64,000 nucleotides of DNA, from positions 310,001 to 374,000 of the forward strand of contig OZ251255.1 of assembly GCA_965240325.2 (NCBI GenBank), read 5' to 3'. The notes beneath the pieces were generated by a model. That model ran no database searches. It saw nothing but the letters and a program-made list of their open reading frames with translations, and was not told the origin of the DNA. This DNA comes from Rebecca billardiae RCC1528 (Eukaryota > Protista > Haptophyta). The translations under genes and the position numbers were made by a program. This document shows positions 1 to 10,586 of the stretch, piece by piece. Position 1 is the stretch's first letter, and the number at the start of each line of letters is the position of its first letter.

Positions 1-270
1 TCGCGGTGCTGTGGAACTTAGCCGATCCGACGAACTCCAGCACACAGTCCGATTCTGAGTTCTGACGAGTCTGCGTGAATCTGCTGCTTGCTTATTGATG
101 ATGCCGTGTATGGGGGCGGAATGGGTGCATGTTGTGCGCACTGCTACAGTCCATGAGTCATGACTCGCCGTCGGTGGCCCCGCGGTCACAGCCCCGCACG
201 CCGCGCTCGGCGCGCACGCGGCAGCGCTGCACACACAGTATTACTAGTCACTGCTACTACTGGTCAGGAA

Positions 271-358
271 ATCATTGAATCCTGCCGCGATTCAGTGTCA
301 ATGAATTCAATGATTCATTGAATTTTATTTTTCATTGATTCAATGTTCGGCATCCCTG
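271..358 (-). mobile_element. Probable terminus of a hAT-like MITE (other end not found in the window)
   Basis: The minus strand begins CAGGGATGCCGAAC, resembling the Ac-type CAGGGATG TIR start, followed by AT-rich subterminal repeats of ATTCAATGA/TCATTGAAT. Confidence 0.4.
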
Positions 359-510
359 CTGCGGCGGGCAAGACTTGCTGTGGCTAAAATCCCCTTTTTA
401 CCCCGGGCGAGAAAATCCAATCTACTCTACTTAATCGTGTCGTAAAGTGGATCCGCGCGGCAGGTGCGTGAGCAATAAGAAAATGCCCACAATTCGGACT
501 TTCCCTATGA

Positions 511-600
511 AAAGTCAGCGGATCGACGCTTTTTACTCCGAAAGTCAGCGGATCGAGGGGTTTTACTCCGAAAGTCAGCGGATCGCCGGCTTTTACCCCG
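511..600. repeat. Three tandem 30-bp units
   Basis: AAAGTCAGCGGATCG, a short variable stretch, then TTTTAC(T/C)CCG, starting at 511, 541 and 571. Confidence 0.9.
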
Positions 601-1994
601 CGTACCCGTGGTTGGGACAGTCTTCGCACATATTTGCTGCGACAGTAGATAGTGCCAATCCACGTGTGAGGTATGCGTTTGTCCTTTCCTGCTTGAGTTG
701 CCGCTATTTGGGCCCCGCGCGGCCATGAGTATTGATCAATATAAACAGCGGGGGCCTGGCGGCCTTGTCCCGGTGGGGCTGGTCGAACACAGCGCGTCTA
801 GGACGCGACGGAGAAGCTTCCCATGGCCGGCAGACCCGACGACGATGGGACGAGTTGGCCAGTAGTTCAGCGCTGTAGAACGGTATCATCCGGTGGCGCG
901 CCACCGTCGCGCGTGCGATTAAGCGCGGCACTTCTGCACGGTTCTGCAAGGCCCACCGAGGCGCACGGCGAGGCGCGCGTCGATGCAGTCGTCGCTGCGC
1001 ACGGCCGCTCGGGCACGACGGCACGGCAACGGCACGCACCGCGGATGGCCCACCGGTCTGCAGGCGCGGGGCGACTGCAGGCGCGGGGCGAGCGGCGCAG
1101 GCCGGCACGGGCCGCAGGGCACAACCGACTCGGCCAGCGTAGACTCCTGCAGCCGTCGCTGAGCACGGCCCGTCGGGCACGACGTGGTACAACGGCTCGC
1201 GACGGTGTGCATGTTGTGTTGTGCAGCTCGCGCCGGCGGGCACGCACCTCCGCGATGGCGCCGCGAGCCGCGGGCGGCGCGGGTGACGGACGAGCCAGGG
1301 CGAGTAGTAGTCGGGCAAGTCGGCGAGCGGGTGGCTTATGGTAGGCTTGTGGTACGAGCTTCTCCATGAGCCCGTTCGTGCACGTCATCTGATGCGGTTG
1401 CGGCTGCTTGATCGCCGCCACGTGCCGCTGGATCTCCGCCAGATTGGCGCAGTTCCTCGCGACGCCGACGATGGCATCTGGCGCTGGGTTCGGCGGAGGC
1501 CCGCGGACAGCTGATCCTCGTCGCGCGCATGTGTGCGAGCGCGAGTGCTGGCAGCGTCGTCGAGCCACGCCGGCTGAGCGCTATCTGCGTGTCGCGCGCG
1601 GCCTTATTCGCCTCCTGCAGCAGCGCGCGCTCGTCCGTCATACTCAATCGTGTGTGCCGAGCGCACGCGGCGCGGCGGCGCACGCACTCGTGCGTCGCGG
1701 TTCCTCGACTTGCTTGGGGAGCGGATGGTCGTAGAAAAGCGTCAACAAATAGGTGAGAATCGCAACGACATCCCTATGGCGCGCGCTCAAAAAGGTAACG
1801 ACATGCGTTCTCGAATCCCGCGGCGCGCGTAATCAAAAAACGTTTGAGGCCCCATTCTTCGTATTCCTACTCAGGTATTACTTGGGACAGCAGTACGTCA
1901 CACACAATTAAGGTGGCACCTCTGGAAAACAGACGGCGGGAGGCAAGCTGATGGCGAAGAAACAGCCCCGGCGTCGCGTTCGCTCGAGGCTCGG

Positions 1995-3357
1995 AGGCCC
2001 GTGCGAGCCGGCGGGGGCTCGAGCGGCACGGGGCGCACGTCGGGCGGGCAGACCATGCACGTGGGCCTTCCGAACCGCTCGCCGACGGCCTCGCTCCGCC
2101 GCTTCTCGCGCTCGCGAGCTGTGTCCGTGCGCGCGCGGTGGGCGGGCGTCGCGCAGCTCGACGCGAGGCGTCCACGGCGGAGATTGGGCCCAGCTGGGCG
2201 CTCGAACGGCTTCGACGTGCGGGGCCGGTCATGTACGTGCGCGCGCGCGCGCCGGAGCCGTCCGGCGACCTTGTGGTCGTGCTGCGGGAACGACGTCACA
2301 CCCGGGCGGCACTGCGAGGTTCTGCGCGGGCCCATGTGCATGCATGTGCGCGAGGCGTGGGTGGGCTCGCGATGGCGGGGCGCGTCGGTCGAAGCTGCGC
2401 CATGGTCGTCGACGCCGGCTAGGCGCCGACGGGCGCGCGCGGCGGTCCACTCGGGGCCACGCGGGCCGCCGGGAGCTCGTGCGCAGCCGCTCGGCCAGAT
2501 CGGCGGCCCCGGCGGCAGTCTGAACGAGGTCAGCACTTCACATTTCGATGAACTCCGCACCCCCGCTCGTGGTGTGCCACCATGCGCCGCACCAGGGGGT
2601 GCAAGCAAGCAGCCGTTTGGAGGGATCTGTACATAGGGTCCGAAAAAAATACGGAAAATCCTTTAAAAAGCCCTTATTTTGACATAATTTCGATAATATT
2701 TTCGGACCCTATGTACAGATCCCTCCAAACGGCTGCTTGCTTGCACCCCCTGGTGCGGCGCATGGTGGCCCACCACGAGCGGGGGTGCGGAGTTCATCAT
2801 CGACTAATGTGAAGTGCTGACCTCGTTCAGACTGCCGCCGGGGCCGCCGATCTGGCCGAGCGGCTGCGCACGAGCTCCCGGCGGCCCGCGTGGCCCCAAA
2901 CGGACCGCCGCGCGCGCCCGACGGCACCTAGCCGGCACCGACGACCATGGCGCAGCTTCGACCAAAGCGCCCCGCCATCGCGAGCCCACCCACGCCTCGC
3001 GCACATGCATGCACATGGGCCCGCGCAGAACCTCGCAGTGCCGCCCAGGTGTGACGTCGTTCCCGCAGCACAACCACAAGGTCGCCGGACGGCTCCGGCG
3101 CGCGCGCGCGCACGTGCATGACCGGCCCCGCACGTCGAAGCCGTTTGAGCGCCCAGCTGGGCCCAATCTCCGCCGTGGACGCCTCGCGTCGAACTGCGCG
3201 ACGCCCGCCCACCGCGCGCGCACGGACACAGCTCGCGAGCGCGAGAAGCGGCGGAGCGAGGCCGTCGGCGAGCGGTTCGGAAGGCCCACGTGCATGGTCT
3301 GCCCGCCCGACGTGCGCCCCGTGCCGCTCGAGCCCCCGCCGGCTCGCACGGGCCTTG
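1995..3357. mobile_element. Foldback element 1: ~650-bp inverted arms, 52-bp AT-rich spacer
   Basis: Arms 1995-2646 and 2699-3355 are reverse complements with few mismatches. The right end is ...GGCCTTG (CAAGG on the minus strand). Flanks GGCTCGG (1988-1994) and GGGTCGG (3358-3364) match 6/7, a putative TSD. Confidence 0.8.
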
Positions 3358-3403
3358 GGGTCGGAGCTGGGTCTCCCAGGGCTTTGTCACGAATTAAATT
3401 AAA

Positions 3404-3775
3404 ATATGGGTTGGCGCTGGGCGTCAACTTGGGCTGGAAACCTGTTTCTGAAACGCATGATGGCACGCCGGGCCGGTAGCCCGAGCTCGGAATTCCGACG
3501 CTGCCAACGGCGCCACAGGGGCGCAGCGGCGGGGCTGACGACGCGCGCGCGTGTGCACGTCTGACCACGGAGTGCGCGCTGCAATGACTGACCCGTCCGC
3601 AGCACCACGCCCCGCGCTGTGAGTGAGAGTGTGGCCCGCGCCCAAGCGAGAACGCGGGCCGGGCGGCACTCCGCCGACCTCGCCGGCCGCCGACCAGCCG
3701 GCGGCCGCCTGCTGCAGCTCGTGGAACACGCAGTCGCGCGCTCGCGCATGGAGGGCAGACCTGCGCGTATGCGCC
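3404..3775. repeat. Dispersed direct repeat, copy 1 (~370 bp), with terminal stem-loop
   Basis: Near-identical to 4628-4999. Starts ATATGG-GTTGGCGC-TGG-GCGTCAAC (hairpin) next to an A/T run. Confidence 0.85.
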
Positions 3776-4627
3776 CGCCGGGCTTGCCGCTTCATCCGCT
3801 GGCACCGCAGTGCAGGTCGAGCCGTCCGCCGCCCACCGAGCCGGCGCCACGCCTCGCGCTCGTGCTCGAGCTGAGGCGGCGGCGTGTCGCCCGAGCCGGC
3901 GAGGTCGCGCGCGTGCGCGTGGTGGGCAGCCTCGCGCGTGCGCCCGCCGCGCGCCCCGCGTCGCTCGCTTGGCGCCGCACGCGAGCCGCTCGTCGCGCGA
4001 CCGAACGAGACGTCAACGCAAGGGCGACCCTTGGAATGGCGTGGGCTCTCCGCCTGTCGTCCTTCACGGGACGTCGTCGACGCGAGGCCGCGCGCGAGGT
4101 TGCTCCGATGCTCGTAGTCCAATGCAAGATGATACCCGCGTGCCGCTATCAGCGCGCCCTTTCGCTCGTGAATTGTCTAGCGAGAAAGTGACGGTTCGTG
4201 CGAATGTGAAGTGTGAACTCGCGACACGACAATGCGCCGATGCGATTCGCGCGAATGTGAGTACGCAAAGCGCCGAACGACGAGCGGTTTTTGACCGAAC
4301 GACGAACGGTTTTTGTCCTATCGAGCGCGTAAGTGGGTACGTGAATTCCGCTTATGTGACCCGGCGACAAACAGACTCATTCTATGATTTAACGACACAG
4401 GTAGGACGACGCGGGTCTCCTGATTCGTCGGCGGCAGTGCCCGATCGTCGACACGAAGTCGGCGTTGGTGGCAGAGCATAGCCTGCACCGCGATCGTAAA
4501 GCTTGAGCGCGGCCTTGAGCTGCTGAAGCGACTGGGCGGTTAGCCGGGCGTCAAAAAAAGGCGTGCGACGGGCTGGTCCCCAGCCGGTGAAGTCGTGCCT
4601 TTGTTCTCGTGGGTTTCCAGAATAATA

Positions 4628-4999
4628 ATATGGGTTGGCGCTGCGCGTCAACTTGGGCTGGAAACCTGTTTCTGAAACGCATGATGGCACGCCGGGCCGG
4701 TAGCCCGAGCTCGGAATTCCGACGCTGCCAACGGCGCCACAGGGGCGCAGCGGCGGGGCTGACGACGCGCGCGCGTGTGGACGTCTGACCACGAAGTTGC
4801 GCGCTGCAATGACTGGCCCGTCCGCAGCACCACGCCCCGCGCTGTGAGTGAGAGTGTGGCCCGCGCCCAAGCGAGAACGCGGGCCGGGCGGCACTCCGCC
4901 GACCTCGCCGGCCGCCGACCAGCCCGCGGCCGCCTGCTGCAGCTCGTGGAACACGCAGTCGCGGGCTCGCGCGTGGAGGGCGGACCTGCGCGTATGCCT
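4628..4999. repeat. Dispersed direct repeat, copy 2
   Basis: Near-identical to 3404-3775. Continues into diverged ~405-bp tandem units starting near 5033 and 5438. Confidence 0.85.
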
Positions 5000-7900
5000 G
5001 CTACGCGGGCTACGCGGGCGCAGCGGGTGCGCGCAGCTGGCGCACGCAGTGCCACGTCCTGCGGCGCCAGTTTGGCGGCCGTCCGCCACCCCGAGCTCGA
5101 GTTCTGCGCGCTTTGCGACGGCGCGGCCGGCCGCGCCCATCTTCCTGCTTGGGCACGCCAGCATGGCCGCCGGCGGGCCTGCTGCGCGCGCCGAAGCTGG
5201 AGGGCGGAGGAGGGCGCTGGGCTGCTCCTACGGCGTGCTGCAGCTCGGGCAGGCTCTAGCGCGGTGCGGCGAGGCCGTCGCGCCTGCTCGCCGCCGTCGA
5301 GTCGCCCGTGCTGCGTGACCGTCGGCCGCACATGCTCGGCGGCACCGGCAGCAGGCGTCGCATACCAGTGTGCTCGAGTCGCTGCGCGCACCCAAGGCGA
5401 GCTGCTCGAGCGGGCTAGGTGGGCCCACGGAGTGCGCGCAGCTGGCGCACGCAGCCCCGCGTCATGGGGTGTCGGTTTGACGGTCGCCAGCCCCCGTGGG
5501 CTCGAGCGCTGTGCGCTTCACCGCGGAGGTGCCGGCGGCGCCCCGCGGCGCGCAACGGCGTGGCAGCATGGCCGCCGCCGGCGCCGCCGCACATGCCGCC
5601 GCTTACGGGCAGTCGAGAGCTTGGGGCAGCACCTACGGCATGCTGCAGCTCAGGCGGGCTCTGCCAGCCTGCTGTGGCGTGATCGCGCATTTTCCAGACC
5701 GTCGACTCGCCCGCGCTGCATATTTGTTTGCCGCGCGTGCTCGACGGCGCTGCTGCCGCCGCTACGGCCGCGCGTTGCTGCATCGCGAGCGAGCCCGATG
5801 CGAGCTGAACGGCGGCGTGCTCATCGCTGCTGGCGCAGATGGGCGCGTCATGGTGGCCACGCACGGTGCTGAGTGCTCGCGCGTGCCAGACGAGGCGCGT
5901 GCTCGCGCTGTGGCTCAATGTCCGGCAGTGCGCGTGGCAGGCCGCAGCTGCTCGACAACAGAACCAGCGGGCAGTCATCGGGCTGCGCGCGCGCAGCTGA
6001 TGGCGGCGAACGAGCGAGCCCGCACCGCCGCGCAAGGGCTGGGCGACCGGCGCCGAGGTGGCGCGCGTGTCGTCCGCTGCCGTTGGCATCGCGGCGGACG
6101 CTTCAAGCTCGTTCGGCCGGCGTCTTTGCTCTGACGCCCACCTGCGAGCGCTGCCGGCACCGTGCTCGGGCGTCAGCATCGGCGGGCTCGAGCACGCGTG
6201 GTGAGGCGCTCGGAGCGGTCGATGGCCATGATCGGGCAGCGCATGGTGGGCGCAGGCCACGCGCACGCCAGCGCCCCGCGTGGCGTGGCTTCACGGGGCG
6301 CAGCCACCAGGAGACTGTGCTGCGACGAGCTCGGGCGCGCTCGGGCGCTGCTGCTCTGCATTTTCCCGAAAAATCGGTTTTCGTGCCCTCGACCGGCGGC
6401 ATGCCGCCGTGGTGGCCGCAGCTGCGCTCGGAGCAGCGCGCACGGGCACCGCCGTGTGCGCCCGCCCGCTTTCGCCGCCGCCGAGCTCGAGCACAGCGCT
6501 GCGCGGGGCTGCGTAATGCCAACGGCGCATGATTTTTTTGCCCGCGCCGAGCGCGCGTCGGCGCGCGCAGCGCGCTCAGGCGTGGCCTGCTACCAAGGTC
6601 TGTGCCACGATTCGACGCGCCTATGGTGCGCCGAATTTAGGCGCACCGCTTCAAAATTGTCCGATGATTCGACTAGAGGTGCGGACAACTTAAAACGTCA
6701 CCCTGAGCCGTTTTCCACACAGTACGTGTTATAATAATAAAACAAGCGCAGTTATCGTCCGCCTACAAACCGGGCCTAAGCGCAACCTTTTGAAAGCGCA
6801 TGTTGATGTGCATGGGGTCCTCCTCAATCAATACTACTACTAGTTATTACTGCATGTCAGCAAGTACTGCGTGCGCGCGCGCGGCGCGCTGTTTACCGAT
6901 ATATGATACATATCCGAGGCCTGCTGGAAACATAGGCCACATACGGCTACGCCGATACGGGCACTTAGAAGTGATCAAGCAGTTTGGCTACTTATTCGCA
7001 ATAAGTTGGATACTGGGAGCCGCCAGGCGCGCGCGCGGCGCCCTACTCACTTATTCGACCGAGCACGGAGTGACGGACGGCCCTCGAGCCGTAGTGCTCG
7101 CTCGCTCGTTCGCGTTCGCTTCGTCGCTGCGGCGCCCTGACCCGAGTGACCGGGGACGTGCGTGTCGGCGCCGCGTACGCGCCGCGGTGCGCGCGCGGTG
7201 GCGGGAGCCGGCCGGCCGCTGGTCTCTCCGCCTCGCGCTCTGCTCTCGCCCTCGCGCTCCGCTCCGGCTCTCCCCGAGGCGTCGCGCGCGTCTCGCTCGC
7301 GGCTCGGTCCGGTCCGTCGCCAGGCCGTGCCGACGGCGCGCCCACAGCGCCCCGCTGCAAAGCATGCGCGACGAGATCGCGGCGGCGGGGGCGGCGAGAT
7401 CGCGGCGGAGGCGGCGGGCAACAGCCTGCCCGCGGGCGCGTTCGTCGCTCGAGGAGGAGCGAGTCCGGAGCACGCTCACGAGCTCGTCGCCCGGACGCTT
7501 CGAGGATGAGTGAGCGCGCCGAGCACGCAGCTAGCCCTGGGGTCCAAGCCGCGGAATTAAAAATCGAAAATCGACTGACCGATTTCGCGGTGACCATTTC
7601 CGAACATTGTTGCCTCAAATTGCGGCAGCACGGGCCGCGGCCGTTCAGAGCACGGTCGAGCCCGAGATCGGGCGAGTAGCACGCCTGGGCGGTGGACTTC
7701 ATCGTCGCGTCGGCGCGGCGGAGCGCGCTCTGGCGTCAGAGGCGCGCGGGCGGGCGAGTCAGGGTGGCCATCATGACAGCGGTCGACCAAATGATCGCTG
7801 GCAGCTCGCTCTCACCGGACATCTTGAACCTCACAGCCCCGCTCTGCGCGCCGTTCGAACTCTCATCCGGATGAGCGCGGACAACGCAGCCCCGGTTTCA

Positions 7901-9296
7901 GGTGAAGCGTGCACGCTGCGCGCTGGTTTACACCTGGTTTAGCTTGTCCATGATGAGCATGAATGACCCCCCGGCGCTCGGCCTGGTGCGTGCAGTGCTC
8001 ACCTCCCCACGCGCTGCGCATGCACTCGCGCGATCGCTGGCCGCTCGTTCGCAAACGGGAGTGCGCGGCAGTCGTGGGTGGTAAGCAAGCTCGGCGACCC
8101 TGTGTACGTGCGGGGCCTGTCTTCCAGCTCACAGTAGTACCGCCAGAAGCTCCAGCCGGCACGCGTCGGCTTGTTTGTTGTGCCACTTGGCGTGCCGCTT
8201 GGCTGCATGCAGCAGCCGAGCTGCGCTGAGAGCGTGCACCTTGGCACGAACGTCAAGCTTGCTGCGGAGCAAACGCGCGCCGCCAAGCTCCGCTATGACC
8301 GCTGCCACATCTGCACACCGTGTCTTCGTCCCGGGAGTGCCTGCGCCACTGTTGGCGGCCGTCTTGGAGCAGCGCGCGGACTGCATGATGCTCGGGGCAG
8401 GAGTGCTGCTGGGCGCGGCAGTGGAGGCAGAGAGCTCAACGCTCGCCACCGAGCAGCTCGCAGAGTCAGAGGTAAGCTGGAGCAGCCTCGACTGCAAGCG
8501 CTGTAGCCGCAGCAGAGGTGGACCGGCGGCGGCCTCGCGTGAGCTGGGGTACGACGAACGGCGACGGTGCCGGTGACACCTGAGTACGGGCAAGGAAGCC
8601 GCCCGGCACATGGCGAGCTAGTCTGCGCACGCCAGCCTCGACGGCGGAGAGGACTCTCATGCCGGGATGGTGGCGTCATGTTCAGTGGCGGAGTTGGCCG
8701 TGTGCCGCAGCACGTGCAGCCCGCCACCGGCATCAGGCCCGCGTTCGCGGGCCGGCACTCACTGATGTGCTGAGTCCAGTGGCATGAGCGACCGTCTCGG
8801 CGCCGCCGTACTCCGTATTCGGATGACCCAGCAAGTAGTGAGCAAGGTACCCATGTATAGGCACTCACTTGAATACATATGATGGCAAAATTAACCACAT
8901 ATTCTATATATAGTGGGTAACATGGCGCTTATATGCGGGTATATTCCCATAATTAAATGGGTAATGTGCTCGATCTTGGAGTAGTTTTTCATGGACAGTC
9001 TACGCGCACAGCATTGTGCCCCACTTTTTCGGCGGTATTTTCACCATAAAATCCTTTGGATAGAGGGCAGCGCTTGTCAATAAGTAAGTCCGACCGCGTA
9101 TCGTCATCTAGCTGCCATGACAAGTATAGGTAACATTCGGCTGAATCTCTACGTGACACAGCGGGCGCCGCTGCGTGCGCGCGCGACCGCGCGACGACAC
9201 GCGGAGTCGGTTTTTAGTGCGCTTCTGGCGGCTGGGCTGGGCTCTGGGACATATTTGAGGGTGACTCCGCAAGCGTCACGCTCATCAGACGCCTAC

Positions 9297-10260
9297 ATGG
9301 CATGGTTGTCAAATATCACCAATCGGTGGGCTGCTGGCTTGGACCCTCTAAGTCGCAGCGGAGATGAGCCGGATGCGCCCGGAGTTCGCGCAGCTGAAGG
9401 GCGAGCTCGAGCACGCGAGCTCGCTCTTCGACGCCGAGCGCGAGCTCCTCCTCAACTCGGTCGACGGCGGCGCTGAGGTGCAGCAGCGTGAGGACGAGCA
9501 GGAGCCAGTCCCGAACGCTCGCAAGACACTGCTGCACGCGGGCGGCGGCCACGTAGCGCGGGGAATGCGCCGCGCGCGTCGACGCGGCGATCACCGGGCT
9601 GCAGGCATCTGCCGTCGACGCGTTGCGCACCCTCGCCGCCAGCCGCGACGAGTCCGCCGTCGAGCTGCAGCCGAGCTGCAGCCGAGCTGCGCGCGCAGAT
9701 GGGCGGCGTCACAGGCACACAGACACGGACAGACAGGCCGTGCATGCCAGCACGTGCGCGCGGAGGCGCTGTGCGCCGAGCTGGCGAAGCGCGACGCCGA
9801 GCTCGACGCGCTGCGCGACGCGGCAGACGGACGCGCTGGGCGCGCGCGGCGCCCTCGTCGCGACGCCCCGTGCAGCAGCTCGAGCAGCCAGCTGTGGAGT
9901 AGACGGCCGTCCGGAGGCGATCGGCGCCGGTTCAGGAGCGCGCACAGGCTCCGAGCCTGCCGCTGGCTGGCCGCCGCCGTCTTCGAGGCCGCCGACGCGG
10001 CGGAGGAGGCGGCGGGCGAGCACGGCGGCGCGGTGGAGCAGGCGCGCACGCGCGGCGGCAGGCGCGACGCGCCGCTCGCCTCGGTCCGCACCCCGAGCTC
10101 CGCTCGGTCTCGGTGCGCGGCTGCGCAGCGGCAGGCCGGGGCAGCCGAGTGGCGCGCGCTCTCGCCCTGCCGGCACGAGGCGCGCCGGCTGAGCGACCAG
10201 CGGCCCGTCGTCGAGCGCATGCGGCGCAGCGCGAGCACCTCAAGCAGGTGCGCCCGCACG
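9297..10260 (+). pseudogene. Frameshifted remnant of a coiled-coil protein
   Basis: Protein-like segments lie in different frames (RMRPEFAQLKGELEHASSLFDAERELLL; ALCAELAKRDAELDALRDAA) without clean splice junctions. Confidence 0.35.
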
Positions 10261-10586
10261 CGCGCACGCGCCGGCCCGCGCCGCGCGGCGCCTCTCGCCC
10301 TGCGCGCGCGCGCCGCCCCAGCGGCCGCTTCCCCGCGCGCGGCCCGCGCGGCAACAGTCCTCCGCGGGCCCGCCGGCGGCCCGGTGGGCGGCAACTGAGA
10401 GAGTTCGGGTGGTGGCAGCTCAGGCGAACTACTGTTACACATGTCAGACCGCCGTGACAGCCGACGGCCGACAGAGGGTGCACCGCGGGCCTCTAACTGC
10501 GTTGGTTCACTACGGAAGGACCGCGGAATTAACGCGGTCATATTAGAATATAGCTCATGATGATGATGATGATGCGCGGGTATTTT

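Noticed and set aside
215-250. Helitron 3' end (hairpin + CTAG-T)
   Set aside because: The hairpin is weak in a GC-rich background and there is no second copy to support it.
7500-8800. Gene in the 7.5-8.8-kb region
   Set aside because: No frame gives a sustained recognisable protein; at best this is a decayed fragment.
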